64,000 bases of DNA. Origin: Promethearchaeota archaeon (GTDB lineage: Archaea > Asgardarchaeota > Lokiarchaeia > Sigyniarchaeales > SOKP01). The translations under genes and the position numbers were made by a program. The notes beneath the pieces were generated by a model, which saw only the letters and a list, made by a program, of their open reading frames with translations, did no database searches and was not told where the DNA came from. Positions 1-10,350 of the stretch are shown piece after piece. The stretch is from contig JBHLNF010000002.1 of NCBI GenBank assembly GCA_048937405.1, positions 96,001 through 160,000 on the forward strand, given 5' to 3'. Numbering within the stretch: position 1 is the stretch's first letter; each line of letters opens with the position of its first letter.

Positions 1-1419
1 CTTCAAGAAAATAAAATAATTTATGCTAATCAAAAGCTTGCAGATATAATGGGATTTGATTATGAGGAACTTATGAATATGAATTTGGAAGACCTATTAA
101 TTCATGTACATCCAGATGATAGAGAATTCGTTAAAAAACAAATAATTAAAAAACAAAATGGAAAGAAAGATGTAATGGATCAATATCAATTCCGCTACCT
201 TAAACCATCAGGAGAATTATTATGGATTGAAGTTTATTCAAGAACAATTACTTATGAAGGCAAGTCTGCTAATTTTGTAACATTTCTTGATAACACCGAA
301 AAAAAGCAGATGGAGGATGCTCTACAAAAATCTGAACGTGAAAAATCAGTTATTTTAGAAAGTCTTTTTGAGCATATAGTCTACCAAACGACAGATAATA
401 CTATGCTATGGGTAAATAAGGCAGCTGCTGATTCAGTAAATATGAAACCAGAAGAATTGATTGGACGTAAATGTTACCAAATTTGGAATGTTTTAGATGA
501 ACCTTGCGAAGGATGTCCAATAAGAAAGTGTATTATCAGTAAAAAACCTGAAACAAATGAAATAACTACACCAGATGGGAGAATATGGTCGGTTTCAGGG
601 TATCCTGTTAAGGATGATGGCAATAACGTCATTGCTGTTGTTGAATCTACTTTGAATATAACAGAAGAAAAAACTGCAGAAAGAAAAGTAAAAAACTCCG
701 AAGAAAAATATAAAAAAGCATATTATCAAGCAAATCTTTATAAAGACATTTTTGCTCATGATATTAATAATATATTGCAAAACATTAGCTCTTCAGTTGA
801 GCTTAGTTCTCTTTATCTGAATAACCCTGAAAAACTAAACACTATTAAAGAATTATATGAAATAATAGATGAACAAGTAAACAGAGGGAAAAAGTTAATA
901 GCCAATGTAAGAAAGATAACTGAAATTGATGAATCGGAGATTGTTTTAGAAAAAGTTGACGCTATAGTTTTATTAAATAAAGCAATTGAATTTATAAATA
1001 ATAGTTTTCAAACGAGAAATATTGATATTCAAATTAATACTGTTATTAAAAAAACTGATGTAATTGCTAATAATTTTTTATTAGATGTGTTTGAAAACAT
1101 TTTAATTAATGCGGTTAGATATAATAACAAACCCAATATTGAAATCATTATTGATATTAGTATAGAACAGAAGGAAGATAAAAATTATCTTAAAATAGAA
1201 TTCAAAGATAATGGAGAAGGTATATCGGATTATCGGAAGAATACGATATTCGAGAGAGGATTACGAAGACGTTATAAAACTAAAGGAATGGGGCTTGGAT
1301 TATCACTTGTAAGAAAAATAATAGATACCTATAAAGGAGATATCTGGGTTGAAGATCGAGTTAAAGGTAATCATAAACAAGGTAGCAATTTTATAGTTTT
1401 AATTCCAACTAACCACTAA
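1..1419 (+). CDS. Multi-PAS sensor histidine kinase (5' end truncated by window)
   Basis: Frame is open from base 1; PAS motifs (HPDD..., PCEGCP), H-box FAHDINNILQ, N-box NILINAVRY, G boxes DNGEG and GMGLGL. Confidence 0.9.
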   Translation, partial: LQENKIIYANQKLADIMGFDYEELMNMNLEDLLIHVHPDDREFVKKQIIKKQNGKKDVMDQYQFRYLKPSGELLWIEVYSRTITYEGKSANFVTFLDNTEKKQMEDALQKSEREKSVILESLFEHIVYQTTDNTMLWVNKAAADSVNMKPEELIGRKCYQIWNVLDEPCEGCPIRKCIISKKPETNEITTPDGRIWSVSGYPVKDDGNNVIAVVESTLNITEEKTAERKVKNSEEKYKKAYYQANLYKDIFAHDINNILQNISSSVELSSLYLNNPEKLNTIKELYEIIDEQVNRGKKLIANVRKITEIDESEIVLEKVDAIVLLNKAIEFINNSFQTRNIDIQINTVIKKTDVIANNFLLDVFENILINAVRYNNKPNIEIIIDISIEQKEDKNYLKIEFKDNGEGISDYRKNTIFERGLRRRYKTKGMGLGLSLVRKIIDTYKGDIWVEDRVKGNHKQGSNFIVLIPTNH

Positions 1420-1505
1420 TTATCTATAGCTTTCTGAATTGTTAGGGAAATATTCTTTATTTTATTACTATAAACTTTAAAAATGATATAGATAAAAATG
1501 AAAAT

Positions 1506-3026
1506 ATGGAAATATATGACATTGTAGTAATTGGTAGTGGAGTGGGATTAAGTGTTTTAAACGTTGGTATTCAAATGGGAATGAAATGTGCTCTTGTAGA
1601 AAATAATAAAATGGGAGGTACATGTTTAACAAGAGGATGCATTCCCTCAAAAGTACTGGTCCATCCAGCTGATTTAATTCGAGAATCTCAGCATGCTCAA
1701 AAAGTTGGAATTAATTTCAATGTAGAAGATATCAATTGGGATTTAATTGCTGAAAGAATGTGGTCTCAAATCGATGAGAGTAATATAATGGAACAAGGAC
1801 TATCATCAATCCCAAATTTGAAAGTCTATAAGGGTATCGGAGAATTTAGTGGAGATTACGAAATGATAGTTAAGGATACTGAATCTGGCCGAGAATTCGC
1901 TCATTTTAAAGGTGAAAGGTTTGTAATAGCTTCAGGAGCAAGGTCTTTCATACCACCAATTCAAGGAATTGAAAATATTGATTACATTACAAATGAAACC
2001 TTCTTTGGAAAAAAATTTCCGAAAAAACCATGGAAGAGTCTTATAATTATTGGTGGTGGAGTTATAGCCGCAGAATTTGCTCATATCTTCTCGGCAATGG
2101 GTACTGAAGTCACTATTGTAGAAATGCTTCCGCGTTTGGTTGTAACGGAAGAACCAGAAATCAGTAGACTTTTAGCGAAAAACTTTAGAAATTATATGAA
2201 TGTCTTATTAAATGAAAAGGCAGTAAAAGTATATGAGAAGAAAGGACAAAAAATCGTTTTATTAAAAAATACACAAACAAGTGAAGAAAAGGAAATAAAA
2301 GCAGAAGAAATTCTTATTGCGACAGGTCGTCAATCAAATGCAGATCTATTAAAAGTTGAAAACACTGGTGTTAAAACTAATGAAAAAGGTTGGATAAAAA
2401 CTAATTCTTATCTCGAAACCAGTAAAAAGAATATATGGTGTATTGGTGATGCTAACGGACTTTATCAATTTCGTCACAAAGCAAACTATGAAGCAGAAAT
2501 TTGTACAAATAATATTTTTGGACCTGAAAATCAAAAAAAATCAGTAGAATATTCTGCAGTTCCATGGGCAATATTTACATACCCACAAATAGGTCATGTT
2601 GGAATGACTCAAGAAGAAGCCATTGAAAAAGGGTATAAAATTTTCATAGCTATGAAAAATTACTCTACAGTAGCAAAAGGGTTCGCAATGGGTTATGAAG
2701 CTGGTCAAGAAGATGATGGGTTTGTAAAATTAATTGTTGATAAATCTTATAGAATATTAGGTGCACATGTTATTGGCCCTCATGCAGCCTTATTAGTCCA
2801 ACCATTTGTATATTTGATGAACGCAGGATTTACTTGTAGTTTACCTGAATCTAAGGATGATGGAGACCTTCTTAAAATTCAAAGAGCATGTCCAGAAGCA
2901 GGTTCATTTATGCCTATCTATCATTCAATGGTTATTCACCCATCACTTAATGAAGTAACAGGTTGGGCAATCGGAAATTTGAAGCCAATTAATATTAAAA
3001 TGAGTCACCATGATCATCATAATTAA
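1506..3026 (+). CDS. Pyridine nucleotide-disulfide oxidoreductase (dihydrolipoamide dehydrogenase / mycothione reductase-like)
   Basis: N-terminal FAD motif VIGSG, redox motif GGTCLTRGCIPSK, NAD motif IIGGG, IGD, C-terminal HPSLNE. Confidence 0.88.
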   Translation: MEIYDIVVIGSGVGLSVLNVGIQMGMKCALVENNKMGGTCLTRGCIPSKVLVHPADLIRESQHAQKVGINFNVEDINWDLIAERMWSQIDESNIMEQGLSSIPNLKVYKGIGEFSGDYEMIVKDTESGREFAHFKGERFVIASGARSFIPPIQGIENIDYITNETFFGKKFPKKPWKSLIIIGGGVIAAEFAHIFSAMGTEVTIVEMLPRLVVTEEPEISRLLAKNFRNYMNVLLNEKAVKVYEKKGQKIVLLKNTQTSEEKEIKAEEILIATGRQSNADLLKVENTGVKTNEKGWIKTNSYLETSKKNIWCIGDANGLYQFRHKANYEAEICTNNIFGPENQKKSVEYSAVPWAIFTYPQIGHVGMTQEEAIEKGYKIFIAMKNYSTVAKGFAMGYEAGQEDDGFVKLIVDKSYRILGAHVIGPHAALLVQPFVYLMNAGFTCSLPESKDDGDLLKIQRACPEAGSFMPIYHSMVIHPSLNEVTGWAIGNLKPINIKMSHHDHHN

Positions 3027-3303
3027 TATCCCTAATTAAGTTTGCTTTCTTTTTTCAAACTAATTTTTTTTCTGTTATTATAAACCTATGCTAAACTCTA
3101 GATTTAAAAGGAAAATATAGATTAATTAATCAAGTGAATTAACCTTTTTGTTAGAAATAAAGTAAAGTCACAGAATCAGAGTCCAGTGATACCAGAAGGT
3201 ATCTAAACAATAGTATCTCATACGCTTTATTTTTCTTCTTTTACCAACTCAAAATAAAATCAACCACTAACTATATAGATTCTTAATCTAATATAAGGAT
3301 CAG

Positions 3304-5259
3304 ATGGTGTTAAAAAAAATTGATTCCAAAAATTGCAATGTAATTGGACAAATCTTTACTCCAAATTATATTGCTAAATTTATGGTTAAGAATATATTAG
3401 ACTATATCGAATCATTTAGAAAAAAACCTCACTCGTTAACTGTTTTAGAACCTTCAGTAGGAGAAGGAATTTTTTTAAGATATCTTTTAGATTATGGTTT
3501 TTCCAATATAACAGCCTATGAAATTGATATTAATTTGAAGGAAGTTCTTTTAGACTCTTATCCACAAATAAATTTTAAATTCGAAAATTTCTTAAGTTCA
3601 GATCCAAATGAAAAGTTTGATATTATAATAGGAAATCCACCTTATTTAGGTCAAAATTACAATGCAGAATTATTTCAAGATTATGTCAAAAAATATCCTA
3701 TTTGTGATAAATATTTTTCAGGAAATATGGATTTGTTTTATTATTTTATTCATTTAGGAATAGAAAAGTTGAATTCTGGAGGTATTCTGACATTTATTAC
3801 AACAAATTATTGGATTACTAAATCTAAAAAAACAGGCATAAAACTTCTTAAACCACATGTGTTAGAAGAGTGTTATTTACTTCAATATTTAGATCTATCT
3901 CACTTAAAACTATTTGATGATGCGAAAGGACAACATAACTGTATTTTTGTTTTACAAAAGAAAACTAAACAAGAAAAATTACAGAAATTAAACAAAAATA
4001 TTAAAGTAATCCAATTATTTGAAGGCAATGACACAAACAAAAAAAATGAATCGTTTAATGAACAGAGTTTCAAAGAACTTACTAATAATAATAAAGTGAA
4101 TCACGTAAAAAGATACTTATCTGCATTAACCAATAATGATTTAAAGAAAGATGAAAGTTGGAACTTAATTTATCCACGTGAAGTGAAGATTGTTGTTGAT
4201 AAGATTGAAAATGTTTGTAAGATTGATGGGATAATTTCTAATCTCAGCAATTATTTTTCAATACGTAATGGAATGATTCTTATTAAGGATTCAATATTTA
4301 TTTTAAATGAGAGAAAAAATTTAACAGTCAAAAATAACGATTTTTTTATCCACATTAATGGAAAATTACTAAAACTCAATGAATTTGAAAAAACTCGCCT
4401 TAAAAAAGTATATAAGAGCAAGTCCATTGAACCATTTGGTTATAGTCATGAAGAATATGTAGGTTATGTTATCTATTTTAATAAAGATGAGTTTAAGGTA
4501 AAAAGTGTTGATAAACGGAATCTTCTACTAAAAACGAAATATCCTAATTTATCAGAATATATATTACAATTTGAAAAAGTACTAAAGGAAATCTTAATAA
4601 ATGCAAAAGAAAATCCAAGAGATATTTATTTTCCAAGAAGAGGTTCCTTTATTCGTCAATATAATGACATAAATAAAGAAAATTTAATAGATCTTGAACC
4701 ATATTATGATAAAGGTGAGAAACTCTTCTTTAAATTTATCTCAAAGGATAATATTTTTGGATATTCGAATAACTCATATTATGCTACATCTGATACTTAT
4801 TTTTTATGGCCTAAATTCATGGATGATAATCTTGATATTCTCTTTCTCCTTGCTTATCTAAATTCTAAACTCGTAAATTTCCTGTTTATAGCAAAAAATA
4901 TTTCTATAAAAAGAAGTAAAACTAAGCTTGAACAGGGGTTACCGGTACCCCATCTAACTAATTTCAAAAATAAGAAAAATGAACCTACTATAGAACTAAT
5001 AAAGATACTTACTTACTCTTTAGTAAATAAGTCTGGACAAAATCCTAATAAAAATAAAGAAAAAACTATTGAGAGAATAATTAAATCAGACTATTTTTCC
5101 TTAATTAAAAACAATGAATTAAAAGAAAAGGTCATTATAGCACTAAAAAGAAATGATAGTAGTAGTATTAAATCATCAATAGATAAGTTATTCTTTCAGC
5201 TATTTGACTTAAATGAAGATCTCATAAATAATTTATTAAAAAAATATTATAATCATTAA
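3304..5259 (+). CDS. N6-adenine DNA methyltransferase (TaqI/Eco57I-like, gamma class), no adjacent nuclease
   Basis: GQIFTP, motif I LEPSVGEG, motif IV IIGNPPY, C-terminal LAYLNSKL target-recognition motif. Confidence 0.85.
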   Translation: MVLKKIDSKNCNVIGQIFTPNYIAKFMVKNILDYIESFRKKPHSLTVLEPSVGEGIFLRYLLDYGFSNITAYEIDINLKEVLLDSYPQINFKFENFLSSDPNEKFDIIIGNPPYLGQNYNAELFQDYVKKYPICDKYFSGNMDLFYYFIHLGIEKLNSGGILTFITTNYWITKSKKTGIKLLKPHVLEECYLLQYLDLSHLKLFDDAKGQHNCIFVLQKKTKQEKLQKLNKNIKVIQLFEGNDTNKKNESFNEQSFKELTNNNKVNHVKRYLSALTNNDLKKDESWNLIYPREVKIVVDKIENVCKIDGIISNLSNYFSIRNGMILIKDSIFILNERKNLTVKNNDFFIHINGKLLKLNEFEKTRLKKVYKSKSIEPFGYSHEEYVGYVIYFNKDEFKVKSVDKRNLLLKTKYPNLSEYILQFEKVLKEILINAKENPRDIYFPRRGSFIRQYNDINKENLIDLEPYYDKGEKLFFKFISKDNIFGYSNNSYYATSDTYFLWPKFMDDNLDILFLLAYLNSKLVNFLFIAKNISIKRSKTKLEQGLPVPHLTNFKNKKNEPTIELIKILTYSLVNKSGQNPNKNKEKTIERIIKSDYFSLIKNNELKEKVIIALKRNDSSSIKSSIDKLFFQLFDLNEDLINNLLKKYYNH

Positions 5260-5336
5260 AATAGCAATATCTAATGCCTTGTTTCCTTATTTTTCAGAAT
5301 CGATAGGTTTTTATAGATAAATTTGCATATTTAAAT

Positions 5337-5355
5337 TGACAACAAAAGGTTGACA
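5337..5355. promoter_or_regulatory. Candidate heat-shock repressor operator TGACAAC-N5-GTTGACA
   Basis: Imperfect palindrome ~25 bp downstream of a TATA-like TTTTTATA (5308-5315), immediately upstream of hsp20-cdc48-regulator. Confidence 0.5.
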
Positions 5356-5374
5356 GAAATAATCATAATTCAAG

Positions 5375-5995
5375 GTGAGAAATGTATTGGATGATTTTGA
5401 TGATTTTATTGATGAATTTAAAAAAAATTTTAAAATAAATTCAGATATATTTGATATAGATTTTATTTTTATTCCAGAATCTAAAAATAATTTAGAAATA
5501 AAACCTGAAAATAAGAATATAAAGGGATTTAAAGTATCATATCATTTTGAATCAGGAATGGATAAACCTGACATAAAGATTGAGGGAAATATTGATGAAA
5601 ACAGAATTCGAGAACTATTGAAAGGTATGGACATGTCTAAATATCCCAAATTAAAAAAGATGTTTGAAAGAAAATCAGTAAGTGAATATGATGCTAATAT
5701 GCTTTCTTTAGAAACTCAAGAAAGTAAGGAAAATTTTGAATATTTAGAACCACAAACAGAAATAAATGATTATAAAGATTATTCTGAAATTGTTTTTGAA
5801 ATTCCTGGAATAAGTAGAGAAGATATTGAAATTAATTTTAATGATTTAGGAAATCAGCTAAGAATTAAAGCAGAGAATAAAAATAGAAAATATATGAAAA
5901 CTGTTAAATTACCTTTCATTTCTTCACTCAAAGACTATGATATTGAAGTTAAAAATGGTTTAGCAATTATAATAGCTAAGGAATCAGATAAATGA
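5375..5995 (+). CDS. hsp20: Hsp20/alpha-crystallin small heat-shock protein
   Basis: C-terminal ACD motifs EIPGISREDI and VKNGLAII; adjacent to cdc48. Confidence 0.85.
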   Translation: MRNVLDDFDDFIDEFKKNFKINSDIFDIDFIFIPESKNNLEIKPENKNIKGFKVSYHFESGMDKPDIKIEGNIDENRIRELLKGMDMSKYPKLKKMFERKSVSEYDANMLSLETQESKENFEYLEPQTEINDYKDYSEIVFEIPGISREDIEINFNDLGNQLRIKAENKNRKYMKTVKLPFISSLKDYDIEVKNGLAIIIAKESDK

Positions 5996-6063
5996 ATATT
6001 TATAATTGAGAATAATCAATTCAATAATTAGTGTGTTTAGTAAAATAGAAGTGATAAAATTAG

Positions 6064-8289
6064 ATGAGTGGGATTACACGAGAATATAAGGGAGACGGAA
6101 AAAAAGTAAGAATTAAAGATGCATATAAAGGAGATGCTGGGAGAGGTAGGATAAGAATTGATCCAGATGTTATTGATGAACTTAAACTAAGAACTGGTGA
6201 TGTAATTGAAATTTCCCATAATGCTGCAGGAAAGAAAACTGCTGCTTTACTATTTCCTGGAAAGTTAGAAGATGCTGGCACAAATACGATTAGAATAGAT
6301 TCTTCATTGAGAAGGAATATTGGTGCTTCCTTAGACGATATTGTTGAAATCAAAAAAATTGAAGCAAGTTTAGCAGACAGAATAACTTTCGCAGGAATGG
6401 AAGAATCGGTTATTTTAAGAAGATCAGATCAATTGGTAAGAATGTTGGAAAACCGTGTTATTACCAAAGGTGATATTTTAAGTTTTAATGCGATGGGTCG
6501 TAGGATTGATTTTATAGTTATGGATTATTCACCCAGAGCAGCAGCAGTCAGGATTCATTTAGACACTAAAATTACTATTTCAGAGAAAACTCATAGAGAA
6601 TTTGAGGAATTAGAGGCACGAAGAGTTAGCTATGAGGATATAGGTGGACTAGAAGAAGAAATTCAAAAAATCCGAGAAATGATTGAATTACCAATAAGAC
6701 ATCCAGAATTATTCAAAAGAATAGGTATTGATCCTCCAAAAGGTGTATTATTACATGGACCTCCAGGAACTGGAAAGACTTTATTGGCTAGAGCTGTTGC
6801 TTATGAAACTGAAGCACATTTTATAACTATAAGTGGACCAGAAATTATGAGTAAATTTTATGGTCAAAGTGAAGAAAATCTCCGAAAAGTATTTGAAGAA
6901 GCAAAGGAAATGGCACCATCCATAATATTTATCGATGAGTTAGATTCAATTGCACCTAAGAGAGGAGAAGTTACTGGTGAAGTTGAGAGAAGGGTAGTTG
7001 CCCAATTGCTTTCATTATTGGATGGTTTAGAAGGAAGAGGAGAAATTATTGTTATAGGAGCAACCAATAGAGTAAATGACATTGATCCTGCACTTAGGCG
7101 TCCCGGGAGATTTGACCGTGAAATCGAGATTGGAGTTCCTGATACAGATGGGAGATATGAAATTTTATTAATTCACACTCGTGGAATGCCCCTTTATAAT
7201 GATGTTGATCTTCGCACTATGGCTGAAAAAACACATGGCTTCGTTGGTGCAGATGTTGAAGCATTAGCGAAAGAAGCCGCTATGTTAGCCATAAGAGAAC
7301 TTTTACCTAAAATTGATTTAGACAAACCCATTCCTCCTGAAGTTTTAAGTGATCTCCAAATTAAAATGAAAAATTTTGAAACTTCTTTAAATAGTATTGA
7401 ACCTTCAGCTTTAAGAGAGGTATTAATCAGTCAACCTACTGAAACTTGGGAAGATATCGGGGGCTTAGAAGACGCAAAACAACAATTAAGGGAAATAATT
7501 GAATGGCCACTAAAATATCCTGAATTATATAAACACTTAAATTCAAAACCACCAAATGGAATTCTTCTCTTTGGACCCCCAGGAACTGGAAAAACATTAT
7601 TAGCAAAAGCTTTAGCTCATGAAAGTGAAGTCAATTTTATTTCAGTAAAAGGTCCTGAATTTTTATCTAAATGGGTAGGTGAGAGCGAAAAAGCGGTTAG
7701 AGAAACTTTTCGAAAGGCAAGGGCGGCAGCTCCTTGTATTATTTTTTTCGATGAAATTGATGCTATTGCAGGAATGCGAGGTAGATTTTCAAGCTCTCAA
7801 GTAACTGAACAAGTTGTTTCACAATTATTAACTGAAATGGACGGATTAGAGGGATTAAAGGATGTAATTTTACTTGCTGCCACTAATAGAGCAGACATGT
7901 TAGACCCCGCATTACTACGATCAGGCCGTTTTGGGAGACATGTCGAGATACCGATGCCAGATAAAGAGGCTCGTATTGAGATCTTCAAAATCCATCTTAA
8001 AAATAAACCTTTAGCTAAAGATGTGAACATTGAGCAAATGGCACACGAACTTGAAGGGTACACTGGAGCAGATATTCAAGCAATTTGTGAAGAAGCTACT
8101 CTCTTAACAATTCGTAACGCAGTTACAAATAGAAATGTTGATACCAAAAATGCAGATTCTGTTAAAATTGTAAAAATTACAAAAGATGAATTTACTGAAT
8201 CAATCGAAAAAATTTTAAAATCAGCAGACAAAGCTAAAAAATCTCATGAAATGTATGCAAAAGAACCTTCAGAAGAATTATACAGATAA
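6064..8289 (+). CDS. cdc48: CDC48/VAT family AAA+ ATPase
   Basis: N-domain ([10 protein letters not shown]), two AAA modules with [22 protein letters not shown] and Arg fingers RPGRFD/RSGRF. Confidence 0.97.
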   Translation: MSGITREYKGDGKKVRIKDAYKGDAGRGRIRIDPDVIDELKLRTGDVIEISHNAAGKKTAALLFPGKLEDAGTNTIRIDSSLRRNIGASLDDIVEIKKIEASLADRITFAGMEESVILRRSDQLVRMLENRVITKGDILSFNAMGRRIDFIVMDYSPRAAAVRIHLDTKITISEKTHREFEELEARRVSYEDIGGLEEEIQKIREMIELPIRHPELFKRIGIDPPKGVLLHGPPGTGKTLLARAVAYETEAHFITISGPEIMSKFYGQSEENLRKVFEEAKEMAPSIIFIDELDSIAPKRGEVTGEVERRVVAQLLSLLDGLEGRGEIIVIGATNRVNDIDPALRRPGRFDREIEIGVPDTDGRYEILLIHTRGMPLYNDVDLRTMAEKTHGFVGADVEALAKEAAMLAIRELLPKIDLDKPIPPEVLSDLQIKMKNFETSLNSIEPSALREVLISQPTETWEDIGGLEDAKQQLREIIEWPLKYPELYKHLNSKPPNGILLFGPPGTGKTLLAKALAHESEVNFISVKGPEFLSKWVGESEKAVRETFRKARAAAPCIIFFDEIDAIAGMRGRFSSSQVTEQVVSQLLTEMDGLEGLKDVILLAATNRADMLDPALLRSGRFGRHVEIPMPDKEARIEIFKIHLKNKPLAKDVNIEQMAHELEGYTGADIQAICEEATLLTIRNAVTNRNVDTKNADSVKIVKITKDEFTESIEKILKSADKAKKSHEMYAKEPSEELYR

Positions 8290-8338
8290 AATTTTACAAA
8301 AATTAAATAGATTTTATAATTAATTGGGAGTGATAATA

Positions 8339-9124
8339 ATGGAATTGGAAGAACAAGAAGGAAGAAAACACTTTCTAAGTATTGATATTCTCCTTGAAAT
8401 ATTGGGAAATCCTACAAGAAGAATAATTTTATCAAAATTATCTAAGGTTCCATTAGGTGCATCGGAATTGGCAGCTTCATTTGGGAAAAAGATCTCTAGA
8501 CAGGCTATTCACAGTCAACTAAAAATGCTTTCTGATACGGGAATAATTGAAAGTGTAGGTGATGATCCTCGAAATATTAAGTATCGTATTAAAAGTAATC
8601 TTTCCTTAAGAATTGATATCACACCAGATTATTACAATATAAGCTATAATGTTTCTAAGAGTGATAATTTGAATAATATCTTTAAACTAAAAGATACAGG
8701 ATATCATGTAGACTATAAAAAGATTAAGTCTCCTAATAAGAAACTTAGATTTTTAGGAGAAAGAATAAAAGAAATTGAAGAAAATATTAAATCTTTAGAA
8801 ATAGAAAGGGATTCATTATTACGTAGTAAAGGTTGTTTTATAGTTGAACTTAAAAATATCATCCGAGATCAATATGAAGAAGATCTTATGAAAAAAGAAC
8901 AACCTAACTTAGAAAAGGAAATTTTTTATACACTTTTTTACAATCCTATGAAATATTTCAATCGAATAAACATTGATAATTTATTAGATGATATGTTCTT
9001 CTCAGAAATGGGACCTATTAGGAGAGATCAACATAAAGTTTCTATAAGACATTTACTCCGGGATTTGTCTAATTTGATGGACTTCGTACGTGAGGATGAT
9101 GATGATTGGTTTTTTGATATTTAA
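8339..9124 (+). CDS. ArsR-family wHTH regulator with coiled coil (HSR1/Phr-like heat-shock regulator)
   Basis: LGNPTRRIIL...ISRQAIHSQLKML HTH; start moved to ATG 8339 after GGAGTGA RBS; context with hsp20 and cdc48. Confidence 0.75.
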   Translation: MELEEQEGRKHFLSIDILLEILGNPTRRIILSKLSKVPLGASELAASFGKKISRQAIHSQLKMLSDTGIIESVGDDPRNIKYRIKSNLSLRIDITPDYYNISYNVSKSDNLNNIFKLKDTGYHVDYKKIKSPNKKLRFLGERIKEIEENIKSLEIERDSLLRSKGCFIVELKNIIRDQYEEDLMKKEQPNLEKEIFYTLFYNPMKYFNRINIDNLLDDMFFSEMGPIRRDQHKVSIRHLLRDLSNLMDFVREDDDDWFFDI

Positions 9125-9168
9125 TCTTAATTACTTAAAGTAGAAATTAATAAAATATAATCTTACGT

Positions 9169-9669
9169 ATGAATCTAGAAGAATTAAAACATGAAATGCC
9201 CAAGATTTTTGAACAAGTAAAGAAAGATGTTAAAAAGATTTATGGACGTCACCGAGCAGGTTTAAGTCTAGGACTAGTAAAAATGGGTATCTATAGAGGT
9301 GGTTTTATTGGTGGAATGCATTTTCACCCGGGTACTGATATTCTAATGAATATAACACCACTTGAGATTATTTTACAAGAACAATCTTATGAAATTGTAT
9401 GGGCTTATACATATCATATTCTAATGCATGAATATATTCATTCGTTAGGTATTTTAGATGAACAGCAATGCAGAGTTATTACTTTAAGAATAAGTGAGAA
9501 AATTTTTAAAGATGCAAACCATCCTGCTATAATTCTAGCCCAAAATGGTATTGGAACATATTTTCCAAATTTACATTTAAAATATGCCCCACCAGATCTT
9601 AAACCTGATGGAATTCCAATTGATTATATTTACAATTTTGATAATGAGAGTTATGATTATTACTCTTGA
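9169..9669 (+). CDS. Putative zinc metallopeptidase (HExxH)
   Basis: ILMHEYIHSLG motif. Confidence 0.6.
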   Translation: MNLEELKHEMPKIFEQVKKDVKKIYGRHRAGLSLGLVKMGIYRGGFIGGMHFHPGTDILMNITPLEIILQEQSYEIVWAYTYHILMHEYIHSLGILDEQQCRVITLRISEKIFKDANHPAIILAQNGIGTYFPNLHLKYAPPDLKPDGIPIDYIYNFDNESYDYYS

Positions 9670-9704
9670 TTATATCAATAAAATAATTTTCTTACATAAA
9701 ATTT

Positions 9705-10085
9705 TCATGAATGTGTTAAATCAACTGTGCTTAAACATTTCTTTAAAGCATTTATTAACATTTGGTGCGTAAATGGTTTATCCAAAAAACCCATTGCTCC
9801 ATTTGAATATACCTCATCTTTAATAGTTTTATCAGCACTTGCAAAAATAATTCTCGAATTATGATCTATTTGCAATATTTCCTTTAAAGCTTCTAAACCA
9901 TTTTTTATCGGCATTCTATAGTCTAATATTATTATATCTGGTTTTACAGTAAATGAACTAAACATTTTTATTGCTTCCTCTCCATTATTAGCAATTCCTA
10001 ATAATTGAAATCCATCCATTTCTAATAAGAGCTCATACAATCTTTGAAGATCTCTATCATCTTCAGCAATAAAAATTGTTTTTAT
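9705..10085 (-). CDS. Single-domain response regulator (REC); probable ATA start
   Basis: IFIAEDD beta-1, LDYRMP, FASA, GFLDKPF; the N-terminal strand lies upstream of the TTG at 10040, with no canonical start before an in-frame TAG. Confidence 0.85.
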   Translation of the reverse strand: MKTIFIAEDDRDLQRLYELLLEMDGFQLLGIANNGEEAIKMFSSFTVKPDIIILDYRMPIKNGLEALKEILQIDHNSRIIFASADKTIKDEVYSNGAMGFLDKPFTHQMLINALKKCLSTVDLTHS

Positions 10086-10350
10086 TCTTATATCACCATT
10101 GATCTATTTAGCCCCGCTAATATATTGATTATTCTAGATTAATCAAAATATTAATTTCATATTCTCAAAATACAAAACTATAACAGTAATCATAATATTT
10201 ATGCTTTAACTTTTAAAATATAAGTTGTGAAATGGTTTTTTATATAATTTAATGAAACACTGTTGTGATAAATAATTGAAATTATTATCGAAAGTTTTTT
10301 TTACACTTTAAATTTACAAGATCTTAGACCTCTCATAGAAATCTAGAAAG

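Noticed and set aside
3160-3230. Intergenic hairpin GATACC-AGAA-GGTATC as a possible C/D sRNA
   Set aside because: No convincing C and D box pair
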